The translations under genes were made by a program, and so were the position numbers. Positions 25,935-39,814 of a stretch of DNA of 64,000 nt are shown here, in pieces; the stretch's first letter is position 1, and every line of letters begins with the position of its first letter. Below the pieces are notes generated by a model. It did not search any database. It was not told the DNA's origin and was given only the letters and a program-made list of their open reading frames with translations. This DNA is from Mobula hypostoma. Its lineage: Eukaryota. The stretch lies in NCBI RefSeq assembly GCF_963921235.1, contig NC_086101.1, positions 9,860,001-9,924,000 on the forward strand, written 5' to 3'.

Positions 25935-28270
25935 ATAAGACCATAAGTCATAGGAGCAAACGTAGGCCATTTGGCATATCGAGTCTGCTCCGCCATTCAA
26001 TCATGGGCTGAACCGATTCTTCCAGTCATCCCCACTCCCCTGCCTTCTCCCCATATCCTCTGATGCCTTGGCTAATCAAGAACCTATCTATTTGTGCCTT
26101 AAATACACCCAATAACTTGGTCTCCTCAGCCGCTCATGGCAACAAATTCCACAAATTTACCGCCCTCTGACGAAAGTATCTCCGCATCTCTGTTCTAAAT
26201 GGACGTCCTTCAATCCTGAAGTCATGCCCTCTTGTCCTAGACTCCAGTACCATGGGAAATAACTTTGCCATATCTAATCTGTTCAGGCCTTTTAACATTT
26301 GGAGTGTTTCTATGAGATCCCCCTCATTCTCCTGAACTCCAGGGAATACAACCCAAGAGCTGCCAGACGTTCCTCATATGGTAACCCTTTCAGTCCTGGA
26401 ATCATTCTCGTGAATCTTCTCTGAACCCGCTCCAATGTCAGTATATCCTTTCTAAAATAAGGAGCCCAAAACTGCACACAGTATTCCAAATGTGGTCTCA
26501 CGAGTGCCTTGTAGAGCTTCAACATCACATCCCTGCTGTTATACTCTATACCTCTAGAAATGAAGGCCAACATTGCATTCGCCTTCCTCACCACCGACTC
26601 ATCCTGGAGGTTACCCTGCACAAGGACTCCCAGGTCCCTTTGCATCTCTGCATTTTGAATTCTCTCCCCATCTAAATAATAGCCTGCCTATTTATTTCTT
26701 CCAGAAAGTGCATGACCATACACTTTCCAATATTGTATTTCATTTGCCACTTCTTTGCCCATTCCCCTAAACTATCTAAGTCTCTCTGCAGGCTCTGTTT
26801 CCTCAACACTACCCGCTCCTCCACCTATCTTAGTATCATCGGCAAAATTAGCCACAAATCCATTAATCCCACAGTCCAAATCATTGACATACATTGTAAA
26901 AAGCAGTGCTCCCAACACCAACCCCTGTGTAACTCCACTGCTAACCAGCAGCCATCCAGAATAGGATCCCTTTGTTCCCACTCTCTGTTTTCTACCAATC
27001 AGCCAATGCTCCACCCACACTAATAACTCTTTTGTAATTCCATGGGCTCTTATCTTGCTAAGCAGCCTCATATGCGGCACCTTGTCAAAGGCCTTTTGAA
27101 AATCCAAGCATGACACATCTACTGCATCTCCTTTGTCTATGCTGCTTGTAATTTCCTCAAATAATTGAAGTAGGTTAGTCAGGCAGGATTTTCCTTTCAG
27201 GAAACCATGCTGGCTTTGGCCTATCTTGTCATGTGTCTCCAGGTACACTGTAATCTCATCCCTAACAATTGATTCCAACAATTTCCCACCCACTGATGTC
27301 AGGCTAACAGATCTATAATATCCTTTCTGCTTCCTCCCACCCTCCTTAAATAGCGGTGTTACATTTGCAATTTTCCAGTCATCAGGTACAATGCCAGAAT
27401 ATATTGATTCATGAACGATGATTGCTATTTCCTCCGCAATCTCTCCAGCTACTTCCTTCAGAACCCGAGGGTGCATTCCATCAGGTCCAGGAGATTTATC
27501 CACCCTCAGACCATTAAGCTTCCTGAGCACCTTTTCAGTAGTAATTTTCACTGCACATACTTCACTTCCCTGACACTCTTGAATGTCCAGTATACTGCAG
27601 ATGTCTTCCACTGTGAAGACTGATACAAAATACGCATTCAGTTCCTCTGCCATCTCTGTGTCTCTCATTACAGCTTATGGGGTGTTAGCTTTCATAAATC
27701 AAGGGATAGAGTTTAAGAGTCGCGGGGTAATGATGCAACTCTATAAAACTCTGGTTAGGCCACAGTTGGTGTACTGTGTCCGGTTCTGGTCGCCTCACTA
27801 TAGGAAGGATGTGGAAGCATTGGAAAGGGTACAGAGGAGATTTACCAGGATGCTGCCTGGTTTAGAGAGTATGCATTATGATCAGAGAATAAGGGAGCTA
27901 GGGCTTTACTCTCTGGAGAGAAGGAGAATGAGAGGAGACATGATAGAGGTAAACAAAATATTAAGTGGAATAGATAGAGTGGACAGCCAGCGCCTCATCC
28001 CCAGGGCACCACTGCTCAATACAAGAGGACATGGCTTTAAGGTAAGGCGTGGGAAGTTCAAGGGGGATATTAGAGGAAGGTTTTTATTCAGAGAGTGGTT
28101 GGTGCGTGGAATGCACTGCCTGAGTCAGTGGTGGAGGCAGATACACTAGTGAAATTTAAGAAACTACTAGACAGGTATATGGAGGAAATTAAGGTGGGGG
28201 GTTATATGGGAGGCAGGGTTTAAGGGGCGGCACAACATTGTGGGACGAAGGGCCTGTACTGTTCTACGTT
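25935..28270. mobile_element. CR1 RT/3' end (minus, about 25935-27670) abutting a CR1 3' fragment (plus, about 27671-28270)
   Basis: 298-aa RT ORF 26772-27668 (KSPGPDG, LDFQKAFDKVPH, FADDTK); ORF 27583-28149 LVRPQLVYC..TRGH. Confidence 0.9.
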
Positions 28271-28280
28271 TTATAAGCTC

Positions 28281-31200
28281 CCAATAAAAAAAAGCCCAGG
28301 CCAACCATTTCTGTGTATAAAAGAAAAAAAATAATCGGAGCATTCAACCCCACAGAGCTGTAAATATTTATAAAATAAAAGAAAGTATAATGCCGACTAC
28401 CAAAACTATAATATAATTCACAACAAATAACCATAAAAAATTGAAGGAGGAGTTATGAAAGAATTCAAGAAATTGTCCCCACACCTTATGAAACTTTATG
28501 TCCGAATTAAGAAGTGAATAATGAATCTTTTTAAAGTCTAAATAGGCCATAATATCACTAAGCCATTGAGTTTGAGTGGGTGGGGCAGCATCTTTCCACC
28601 TAAGAAGAACTAACCATCTCGCCAAGAGAGAGGCAAAAGAAAATGTTCGACGTTTAGTCTGACTCGAGTGCATGTCTACTTCACCCAAAGTGCCAAAAAG
28701 AGCAATCAGAGGGTTAGGTTCTAAGTGGCAATTAAGAATATGGGATTTTTTTTTTTTATTTCAAAATATACTTTATTCAAAAATAAATATATACAATAAA
28801 CCATTCAATAACTTTTCATCCTTTACATACGTTTGCATTATACACAGTACATATCCGTATTTATACCACATCATTTCATTGTTGAGGGGTATACTCCCCG
28901 CCCTCCGACCCCTCCCACTCCCACGGGTGGAGAAACCTATACTGTGGTCCTTCCCCACCGGGCCCTTGCGGTGGCTGCACCAAGTTTCAGTGCGTCCCTC
29001 AGCACGTACTCCTGCAGTCGAGAATGTGCCAGTCGGCAGCATTCTCCCACGGACATCTCCATGTGCTGGTAGATCATCAAGTTACGGGCCGACCAAATAG
29101 CATCTTTCACCGAGTTGATGATCTGCCAGCAGCACCGGACGTTGGTCTCCGTGTGTGTCCCCGGGAACAGCCCGTAGATCAGAGAGTCCTCTGTTACGCA
29201 GCTGCTGGGGATAAACCGTGACACTAGCCCATCCATCCTCCTCCACACCCTCTTTGCGAACTGGCAGTGTGCAAAGAGGTGGGTCACAGACTCCTCCTCA
29301 CTGCAGTCCTCCCGTGGGCAATGGGGTGCGGAGACGACGTTCCGGGCGTACAGGAGGGCTCTGACTGGGAGGGCCCCTCTCACCGCCAGCCAGGCGAGGT
29401 CTTGGTGCCTGTTGGTTAGATCTGGCGATGAGGCATTTTGCCAGATGAACTGGACAGTCTGCTCCGGGAACCACCCCACTGTGTCCATCACGTCCTTCTC
29501 CTGCAGTGCCTGCAGGACACTGAGTTGAAAAAACTTCTCTCCTGAATTTCTCTAGACAAGGACAGGCCCAGTACATATGCATAAGAGAAGCCTCAACCCC
29601 TTTACACTTATCACAAACGGGACTAGTGTCAGGGTAAAACTGTGATAATTTAGTTTTAGACATATGAACCCTGTGTACAGCCTTAAACTGCAAAAGGCAG
29701 TAGCGAGCACATGAAGAGGTTAAGTTAACTGACTTCAGAATTGAATCCCAAACCGCATCAGATAAGGAAATATTTAAATCATGCTCCCTGGCAGTTCTAA
29801 TTTTATCAAAGGGGGCACACCTCAAGATCACTAACTTATCCCAAATAACAGATATTTACCCAATGGATTGATACAAAGAAACAGGTCCAGAACGTTTTTC
29901 TCAGGCTTCTCAGGAAAGTTTGATATCAAAGGGTTAATGAAATGTCTAATTTGAAGATATCTAAAGAAATGAGTATTACGTAGGTTAAGCTTTACAGACA
30001 GTTATTGAAAAGTTGCAAAATAATTACCTATGAAAAGATCTTCAAAAAGCCTAATACCCTTTCTATACCAATGATAAAATGTTGAATCCCGCATAGAAAG
30101 TAGGAAAAGATGATTGTGTAAAATAGGGCTGGAGAGAGAGAAATCATGAAGGTCGTTACATTTTCTGAACTGAGCCCATATTCTCAGAGTACAGTATGTC
30201 TAATAAGAGGATTTACAATTAGTCTGGGCAAATGACAGGGAAGTCTGGACCCGAGAAGTGCAGAAATGGAAAGATCCTTACTAGAATTCAACTCCATTTT
30301 GGGCAGTCAGACTGATTATGGAAGAAAGACCAAAAACTAAGACAAGGAATATTGGCTGCCCAATAATATAAACAAAATTAGGCAAGGCCATACCCCCTTC
30401 CTTTTTAGATTTTTGAAGGTGAGCTTTATTGAGTCTAAAGCGTTTACCCTTCCATAAATAGGACGAAATAATAGAATCTAACGCATCAAAAAAAGCTTTA
30501 GAAATAAAAATTGGTAAAGACTGAAATAGATACAAAAATTTAAGAAGGATATATGTTTCAATAACATTAATTTGACCTACAAGACACATAGACGAGGGTG
30601 ACCACTGTGTCAGATTCCATTTTGTAGAGTTTAGAAGATTGGTAAAATTTCCTCAAAAAAGATTCTTGAAGTTTCTTGTTACTGTAATACCAAGATAAGT
30701 GAATTGATTGTTAACTACTTTAAAAGGGAGGTCATGGAATATTAATGCTAGTGCTTCTCTGTTGATTGGAAAGAGTTCATTCTTGTGTAAATTAAGGTTA
30801 TAACCCGAAAGCTGACTAAATTTATTAAGGAGTGAAAACATTGGGGGTAAGGAGGTAGTCGGGTTTGATATAAAAAGTAAAAGATCATCAGCATAAAGGG
30901 AAACTTTATGCTCCACACCTCCCCTGCAAATCCCCATCAATTCAGCACAGCTACGAAACACAATCGCCAGTGGTTCTATAGCCAAATCAAAAAGTAAGGG
31001 ACTTAGAGGGCATCTTTGACAGGTGCAATGTTTAAGGCTGAAAGACTGGGATTGCTGAGAGTTGGTCAAAACAGAAGCGGTAGGACATAAATATAACAAA
31101 ATAATCCATGTAATAAAGCTTTGTCCAAAATCAAATTTTTCTAAAACCGCAAAAAGATAATTCCATTCCACACAATCAAACGCTTTCTCCACATCTAGAG

Positions 31201-34200
31201 AAATAACACATTCAGGAGTCCAAACTGAGGGTGAATATAAGATATTAGATAAGCACCGTATATTGAAAAAGGGAAGGTGATTTTTAATAAAACCAGTTTG
31301 ATCTTCAGAAATAATAGAAGGTACAATGTTCTCTAATCTACGAGCCAAAACTTTAGCCAAAATTTTAACATCGATATTTAACAAAAAAATCAGTCTACAA
31401 TCAGCTTATATCTCTGTTGGATCTTTACCTTTTATCACTAAAAGAATGATACATGCCTCGTTAAATGATGCTGGCAATTTGCCATGTTTAAACAAATCAG
31501 ACAGAACTAAAAATAATTGAAATGAAAGTAGTGAAGAAAATGATTTATAAAATTCTACAGAAAAGCCATCAGGTTCAGGAGATTTACCCGACTGCAATGC
31601 AGAGATGGCAGATGATATTTCCTCTAGTGATAATGGCTCATTGAGTTTTGCTTTAAAGTCGGAGGAGAGCGAAGGAATATTTAAACTGTTTAAAAATGTT
31701 CAACATTTAAAGATTCAGAGGTATAAAGTCGAGGATAATAGTTCTTAAATGTATCATTAATATCAGAATGATTCAAAGTAATGTTCCCATTTCCCATTCG
31801 AATTTTTGAAATTTGTTGTTTAGGTTTAGAGCGTCTTAGTTGGTTAACTAAAACTTACTGGACTTATCACCATGAATATAAAATCGACTCTTACTTTCAA
31901 GAAGTTGGCGTTCAGCTGGCTGAGTGGAAATGAGGTCAAGCTTAGTTTGAAGTTCTACTCGCTTCTTGTACAGTTCGGGATTTGTAGTCTGGGCACATAA
32001 TTGGTCTGTTGCTTTAATTTGACTAATCAAGTCTAATCGCTTTAAATATGTCTTTCTTTTAAGATTCGCAGTATATGAAATTATTATATGAAATATGCTT
32101 TCATAACATCCCAGACAGCCTGGGATGAGATTTCAGATGACATGTTAGTACTGAAAAAAAAGTTATCTGGTCCTTCATAAATTTTACATAATCATTATCC
32201 GACAACAGGGTTGGGTTAAAATGCCAATGTTCATTCATTTGAAGAAAACCAGGGAAATTTATTGACAGGGTCACATGATCAGAAATCAATATACTCTGAT
32301 ATCGCAAGAGCGAACAGATGGAATCAGCTGATTATTCATTAGGAAATAATCAATTCTAGTAAAAGTATGATGGACATGTGGAAAAAAAGGAATAATCTCT
32401 CTCAGTAGGATGGAAAAAAACACCACACATCAGAGATACCATAATTAGAAAGGAAAGGAAAGAGTGAATAGATAGAGTAGATTTACCTGGGAGTCTAGGA
32501 ACAGCGAGGGATCGATCCAATACTGGATCTAACCAACAATTAAAATCACCACCCAATATGAGGGAATATAAACTCACTTCAGGCAATAAAGAGAAAAAAT
32601 GATCAAAAAAGTCCACATCATCTGAGTTGGGAGCATAGAGGTTAGCCAAGACCACCATATTATCAAACAATTTCCCAGAGACAACAATAAAACAACCATT
32701 TGTATCCAAAACTTTGTTGTGAAGCTCAAAGGGAACATTCTGATTAATAAGGATTGAAACCTCCCCCTGGCTTTAGCCGGAAAAGCAGAATGGAAGTGCT
32801 ATCCCCCCCCAGCTAGACATAAGGCGAGAGTTATCAAAACTACGAATATGTGTTTCTTGCAAAAAAAAACAATGTCAGCTTTGAGCTGCTTAGGATGTGA
32901 AAACACCTTCCTTCTTTTTACAGGATGGTTCAATCCCTTAACATTCCAGCTTATAAGATTCAATGGGCTAACCATTGTCATATAAAAAAGCATAAAGGGT
33001 AGTAGGCATAAATATGGACAAACATTCTAATAACAGCTCTGGGGCAAAAGTATAAGACAAGAAAATCAGGACAAAAAAAAGTCCTGAGTAACAAAGAATA
33101 ACTAAGGGTTGTATAAATATTATTGGCACTGGGGAACCCTCCCCTCCCTCTAATCCCAAAGCAAGAAAGCTACCAAAGAACAGCAGAAAGCTCTTCAGAA
33201 AAAAACTACCCCTAAACCCAACTTCCAGTTTCTGAATATCTTCATAAGCTCTGTTTAATTAACAGCTCATAAAAAATAACCAGAGAACTTATGCACTACG
33301 AATTGAAATTGTACATAAAGAAAAAAAAGAAACAGTACCATCAGAGTATTAGACCTAACTCAAAGTAATAATCCAGAGTACCATACCTGCGAAAAACTAT
33401 TTAAAAAATTCAGTAATTAAAATTTTAATTTAAAAAGAAAACGGAAAAAAAAACCAAAGAGAGAAAAAAAAGTACTAATTGGCCATTTTAAATAGTCAAA
33501 TCGAGTCTGAAGGAGTCGCCATGGCAGAAAGACTTTGGATAAATTCCTGAGCTTCTGTAACAGAGTTGAACCATTTTTTGTCCCCATTAGAAAGAGTTAT
33601 TTGGAGATGGGCAGGATAATGCAGAGAGGGCCTGAATCCACAATTGTAGAATTCTTTCATAATGACTTTGTACTCGGCGTGTTGCCTCAAAACTTGAGGA
33701 GCATAATCTTCAACAATACGAATGGAATGACCCTTATAATGCAATTTTCCTCTCCAACGTGCTTCCATAATCAAAAGGTTTTTCACCTGATTTCGATGAA
33801 AACAGAGTATAACTGGGTGTGGCCAAGAGCCTAACTTGGGCTTGGCCAGAAATGTACAAAGTGAGCTCCGTCTAACTTGGGTAAAGTCGGAAGAGTACCT
33901 TTCCCAAAAATCTCACAAAGAAGAAAAAAATTCAATAGGAGATCCACTTTCGATAGCCTCTGGCAGACCGAGGATTCGTAGAATATGCCTTCTGCTCCGA
34001 GCTTCGAAATCAGTTATCTTATATGATAACTTGGTGTTATACTCACTCAGATTAGAACAAACGGCTTCCAGCTGCTGAACACAACATTTAGATCTTCGGT
34101 CTCTGAGCCAACATGAGAGAGACGTACGGCATAATCCTCCAGTTTGGAATTACTTTGATCCAATTTTGACTCCAACAAACTGAAAGAAGACTTATTTTCG

Positions 34201-34476
34201 GACTGAAATTGAGATATAATCTCTTGTCGGTGCTGATCCAAAATGACGATAATGTTGGTAGAGGAGCTGGAGACAGTGGCAGTCGCAGAGACTTCTTTTT
34301 TCCCAGATTTAGAGGGCTTGAAAGCCATTGTAGGACAGGCGTATTCGCAGGCAGGTAGGAGAACAAAAAAAAAATTAGCAGTTTGGTGTAAAAAAAGATA
34401 AGAAGTGCGGAGGTAAGAAATAAAACAGAGCAACAGTTTTAAGCGATTAACCTATTGCCACCCTAGCGGAAGTCCT
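28281..34476 (-). mobile_element. Near full-length decayed L1-clade LINE (ORF1, APE endonuclease, RT, CCHC), frameshifted
   Basis: ORF1 remnants 33496-34433; ISWNVKGLN, NLYAPN, LGGDFN, ISDH; DQTGFI, SLDVEKAFD, PLSPLLF, SLYADD, YLGI; CDKC..HMYWAC. Confidence 0.9.
28747..29521 (-). mobile_element. 5'-truncated Tx1-like L1 insertion with poly(A) tail, nested in the L1
   Basis: Intact 184-aa ORF2 C-terminus with CPREDC..ESVTHLFAHC; AATAAA and an A12 tail (plus T-run from 28747); GC-rich versus the AT-rich host. Confidence 0.85.
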
Positions 34477-34477
34477 G

Positions 34478-36140
34478 AAAGTTTTTAAAAGCTTCCCAAT
34501 CCTCTATCTTCCCACTAGCTTCGGCTTCCTTGTATGCCCTCTCTTTTGCTTTTACTTTGGCTCTGACTTCAATTGTCAGCCAGGGTCGTGTCCTTCTTCC
34601 ATTCAAAAATTTCTTCTTATTTGGAATATATTTGTCATGCACTTCCCTCATTTTTCACACAAACTCCAGCCATTACTGCTCTGCTGTCCTTTCTACTAGT
34701 GTCACTTTCCAGTCAACCTTGGCCAGTTCCCCTCTCATGACATTGTAATTTTCTTTATTCCACTGAAATACTGACATGTTGGAATTAGTTTCTCCCTCTC
34801 AAATTTCAAAGTGAACTCAATCATATTGTGATCATATTGTTCCCCAAGATTTCCTTAACCTTAAGCTCTCTTATCACTTCCGAACCATTGCAGAACACCC
34901 AATCCAGCACAGTCCAGTACTGTCCGCAAGAGAGAGAACTGCAAGAACTGATTATTTTTGCAAAGACTTTGATAAGTTACTGAATGAGATTTACTTTGTT
35001 TAAAAGTTGTGATGTTGGAGAATTGTCGTGAAAGGAGTTTAAACTGTGTATATATAGGTTTTGAATTTGAAGTTAAAGTAGAAAAACTGCCTGGAACTGA
35101 AACTGAAGTTAACTATAATAGACATAGAAGACATAGAAAACCTGCAGCGCAATACAGGCCCTTCGGCCCACAACGTTATGCCGAACATGTCCCTACCTGA
35201 GAAATTACTAGGCTTACCTATAGCTGTCTATTTTACTGAGCTCCATGTATCTATCCAAAAGTCTCTTAAAAGACCCTATCGTATCCGCCTCCACCACCGT
35301 TGCCGGCAGTCCATTCCACACACTCACCACTCTCTGTGAAAAAAACGTACCCCTGACATCTCCTCTGTACCTACTCCCCAGCACCTTAAACCTGTGTCCT
35401 CTTGTGGCAGCCATTTCAGCCCTGGGAAAAAGCCTCTGACTATCCACACAAGCAATGCCTCTCCTCATCTTATACATCTTTATCAGGTCACCTCTCATCC
35501 TCCGTCGCTCCAAGGAGAAAAGGCCGAGTTCACTCAACCTATTCTCATAAGGCATGCTCCCCAATCCATGCAACATCCTTGTAAGTCTCCTCTGCAGCCT
35601 TTCTATGGCTTCCACAACCTTCCTGCAGTGAGGCAACCAGAACTGAGCACAGAACTCCAAGTGGGGTCTGACCAGGGTCCTATATAGCTGCAACACTACC
35701 CCTCAGCTCCTAAATTCAATTCAATGATTGATGAAGGCCAATACACCGTATGTCTTCTTAACCACAGACTCAACCTGTGCAGCTGCTTTGAGCGTCCTAT
35801 GGACTCGGACCCTGAGATCACTCTGATCCTCCACACTGCCAAGAGTCTTACCATTAATACTATATTCAGCCATCATATTTGACCTACCAAAATGAACCAC
35901 TTCACACTTATCTGGGTTGAACTCCATCTGCCACTTCTCAGCCTAGTTTTGCATCCTATCAATGTCCCACTGTAACCTCTGACAGCCCTTTACACTATCC
36001 ACAACACCCCCAACCTTTGTGTCATCAGCAAACTTACTAACCCATCCCTCCACTTCCTTATCTAGGTCATTTATAAAAATCACGAAGAGTAAGGGTCCCA
36101 GAACAGATCCCTGAGGCACTCTACTGGTGACTGACCTCCA
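34478..36140 (-). mobile_element. CR1 fragments (about 34478-34912 and about 35120-36140)
   Basis: KYIP..PWLT tether motif; MEFNPDKCEVVHFG, LVRPHLEFCAQFW, TRGHRFK. Confidence 0.85.
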
Positions 36141-37305
36141 CTTGACTTGAGGATAGGAATTATAGTTGGTTTTCTAACTGATGAGGGATAAATAAAAGGA
36201 AATTTTAGTCTGTAAACTTTCAAATAGGGAATAACAGAAGATCTAGTTAGTTGGAGAGTTTAGAGTAATAAAGGAATCTCACTGATTCTAACTAAAAAGG
36301 AATTTTTTGTCGTTTTATAAACAGAGTGTTGGAAATTTGAATTGTTTTCGCTCAGGTAAATATTTTGCTTTTTTCTTATAAAAATAAAGCTTATTCCCAG
36401 AAGTGTGTGGTTTCTATTCACTGCCTCCTTCCGATACCTAGAACATTCTGATGGCCTATTAGCAGCTAGTGTGATTTTAGTTTCTCAAAAGAATGTGGCA
36501 ACTAGTCGCTCACGATAAGACTGGTGCTGCACAGGTGTTACACTTAGTCAAAGATAGAACATCAGTTGGTCGTTAACTAATCTCACAAGAAATGTGGTGA
36601 AGAGAACGTGGAACTCACTGCCACAGGAGTGGTTGAAGTGGAACAGCAGAGATTGAATGTAATGGGGAAGCTGGATAAACACATGAGGGACCATGGAGTT
36701 CGGGGCTCTTTTGCAGGGTGTGGTGAGTAGGTGGGAAGAGGCTTGTGCAGCAGGGAGATTGATAGGAGAGAATGGGCCGAACGGCGTAAAATGAAATATA
36801 ATCCAATGAAGAAGATATCTGAAAAAGGAAACAGCCAGTGCAAAATTCTCTAAAACAATGAACCTGATATAAACCGATATTGATGGTAAATCTGATGTGT
36901 GGGTCACATTCTGCAATTCAATCTCAGTTCCCACTGATTGACAGAGAGACCCTCTCACCCACCGCACCAGACACACTCACAGTCTGTGACTGTAACTGGG
37001 TGTTACTCTGAGTATCAGGGGATATTATACATGAGAATCACAGAAACGATCACCAGCTCAGTGCTCTGATCAGAGTATCTCATTCAGGAGAAAGCTGCAG
37101 GCTGTCTTGGGAGGTACAGGTGTTGTGGGAGGCTGGATTGGGGCAACAAGAATCCTGATCAGTGAAAACATCTGTCTGGTTTAAATCAGTTTACTATTTC
37201 AATAACAATCAGTTTACAACTACAGTACTTGTAAATACCACATTGATTTAAATTAAGTCATTTTGTGACTATGCACACTTACGGAACCAAACTGAAATCT
37301 CTCAC

Positions 37306-37539
37306 CATGAGAAATATCACACTGTCTTTCCGATCCACCCGCTCCTGTAAGCTCGAGATTTCCTGCTGAATAGAATTCAGATTTTCTTGAATCACTTGAA
37401 GATTTTTCTCCATTGGATTTAGTATCCTCTTCTCTTCTTCCCTGAGATCTCTGAGGACACGCTGCTCTCTCTGAATAAAAATGTGGTGCAGTTCAGCAAA
37501 ATGGGATGTGATGTGGGACTGAACACTTTGTGACTGTTC
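37306..37539 (-). CDS. TRIM gene A, exon 3 (234 nt, coiled coil)
   Basis: tttcatttgacag|GAACAG...CTCATG|gtgaga; EQSQSVQSHITSHFAELHHIFIQREQRVLRDLREEEKRILNPMEKNLQVIQENLNSIQQEISSLQERVDRKDSVIFLM, open, phase 0/0. Confidence 0.92.
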
Positions 37540-37659
37540 CTGTCAAATGAAAGGAGAGGCTAGTTTATTATTTGGTCCCTGATGGATTTCCTTATGACAT
37601 GGAAGGGTCTATGCAGCCCATTAAATTCAATCCTTCTTCTCAGATCCTCCAAGCGGACC

Positions 37660-38050
37660 TCAACCATTGGTTGGGTTTGGAGGCTTGTGTGCCTCAATGA
37701 CCTGAAGAACTATGTTGACTGGAGTCAGGACTTTAAGGTTTGACTCTTGGTAGGATGACACATGCCAAACAGGTCAAAGGGTAGAGGCCAGAGTTAGAGT
37801 GGTCCATCGGTCCTCCTGATTGGGAGAGTCAGCTCAGGGCTAACAATCCTGACTGGTAAAACGAACTCGTTACTGAAACAGCAATGACGAATCCTTCTGA
37901 ATGTGATGGTATTCCTGAGTCTCTCCGGCCAGGACTTGCATGACTGACAGTAGTGAAAACCAAGAAGTAGCTCCCGGCATGATAAATGAAGCCCTGAACA
38001 CTTCCAGAGATGGGGGACCTTCATTGCTGTCTGAGACACCAGTGCTATAA
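37660..38050 (+). mobile_element. RTE (Rex3/Expander-like) 5' UTR-derived fragment
   Basis: ggcttgtgtgcctcaatgac..ctatgttg..gccaaacaggtcaaagggtagaggccaga resembles fish RTE 5' UTRs as recalled; not verified by search. Confidence 0.4.
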
Positions 38051-38381
38051 TGGACAGTGAGTAAGTAGTTCTCAGATCTTCGATCACATTCCATCACATT
38101 TGCCTGAAACTGATTCTTTCACACTGACCCATTAACTCCCACCTGCTTCACACACAACCCACCTCCACGGGGTTAATTACAGCAGGGAATTAACCATTTA
38201 TTCAGGGTTTCCTGGCAATGTTAGCCCATTGTGGTCACAGGGAGAACGTGCAAACTCCACGCAGACAGCACCAGTGTTCAGGATCGATCCCAAGTCACTG
38301 GAGCTGCGATACTCTGCTATTCTACATTAAAAGGAACAAACCTACACAACAATATTGGAATTTATGCAGAGGAAGCCTTAC

Positions 38382-38477
38382 CCGAACTCCGGACATCTTC
38401 TCTTTCTGTTTCTGCTCCATTTTCTCGAAGTCTGATTTCTTTTTTGTGAGAGAGTCTAAGGAAGATTTAACCTGACC
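38382..38477 (-). CDS. TRIM gene A, exon 2 (96 nt, coiled coil)
   Basis: tttcaattcccag|GGTCAG...GTTCGG|gtaagg; GQVKSSLDSLTKKKSDFEKMEQKQKEKMSGVR; a 96-nt second exon is typical of TRIM-B30.2 genes. Confidence 0.92.
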
Positions 38478-38556
38478 CTGGGAATTGAAAAGTAAGTGTG
38501 TTAGACAAAAAAGATGACACAATATAAACAGACGATCTAAAGCGGGTCACTTTTAC

Positions 38557-38967
38557 CTTGTAAACTCCAACGGCTTCTTTAACCGGCATGAAGTTGTGAG
38601 ACTTGTGTTCCCGCGCAGTCGCACAGATCAGGCAGATCAGTGTCTTGTCCGTCTCACAAAACAGCTTCAGTTCTTCTTCATGTTCCTCACAGTGAAGTTT
38701 ACTTTCCTTCTCTATCGGATTCAGCTTTAGTTTACGAGCTTTCGCAGACAGATTTGCTAAGGCCCAACTGACCCTGAGTGTGCGGTCCGCAATCTCCTCT
38801 CTACATTCCGGGCAGGAGTTTCTCTCCTCCCTTTCCCAACACCGTGTGATACAGGAGCGGCAGAAGTTGTGTCCACACTCCAGTATAACCGGATCGGTGA
38901 AGAAATCCAGGCAAATGGAACAAATTACCTCCTCGGTTAAACTCTCGACCTGTCGTTTCGAAGCCAT
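38557..38967 (-). CDS. TRIM gene A, coding exon 1: RING finger + B-box2 (TRIM39/RFP/nuclear factor 7-like class IV TRIM)
   Basis: ATG at 38967; C3HC4 RING CSIC..CGHNFCRSC..CPEC; B-box CEEH..LFCETD..ICLIC..HKSH; 137 codons ending YK followed by donor gtaaaa (phase 0). Confidence 0.95.
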
Positions 38968-38980
38968 GTTAAATCCCCGT

Positions 38981-39010
38981 ACTTCCGGATTCAGGATCCT
39001 TTTACTTTCA
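38981..39010 (-). promoter_or_regulatory. ETS motif (CCGGAAGT) and ISRE-like GAAAGTAAAA just upstream of the TRIM A start codon
   Basis: Plus acttccgg at 38981-38988 and ttttactttc at 39000-39009, in a locally CpG-rich stretch; motif match only. Confidence 0.35.
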
Positions 39011-39814
39011 GGGAGCTGCTGGACCCCGCAGTACCGCGATTGTCCTCTACACGCGCTGCTGTCTCAGGGAGTGAATTTTCATTTGCTATTCAGAGGGAAG
39101 GAATCGCCGTCGTTTCCACACCAGTTTGTGATCAAAAACACTTTAAACGGGTCTGAATATAAGTGAATTTGGGGAGAAGAGCCTGGTTCGGTGTAAAGCA
39201 GGACTGAAAGGGACATGTCCTGAAACAGAGACAGACAGTTGATATTTCAGATCAGGGGTCTCGACCCGAAGTTTCGGCTGCCCATCTCCTTCTCCAGATG
39301 TTGCCTAACCTGCAGAGTCCCTACGGTATCTCATCTACCTGTCTATTTATTTGTTTGTTCATCTATTTATGAATCGAGGGCGAAAGAGAGCCAGACAGGG
39401 ATATAATGCCATGAAATTGTGTATGTGGAGATGCGGTGACGATGACCAACATGTGGCTGCAGAAGATCCTGATTTCCACCGGCCTTCGGATGAAGAAGCG
39501 TTCTGACTTTTCCCCGATGTCGGTCTCGGCTCCAATGGAAGATCCTGTCTCCCTCACACTGGACACTGTGTATTAAAATACACATTATTCACAAGAATAC
39601 TGTAAACCGTGCAATATCTTTACACATCGATTTACACAGTTATTGCGACAGGCAGTTTTCTATTACCTTCATTAATACCATTTGGGCTGTCGTAACGCGA
39701 GTGGCTTCCTGGGGTCGTTCCTGTGGCTGCTCGGGATGAACTGTGACACAGGCCTCGCAGTTTTCTCCACTTCCTCTTAGCCAACCCACGGGAATCGACC
39801 GTCCCTTCCCTACT

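Noticed and set aside
39440..39575. Plus-strand peptide ending EDPVSLTLDTVY, resembling the start of a PRY domain
   Set aside because: Stops immediately with no further B30.2 motifs; likely chance
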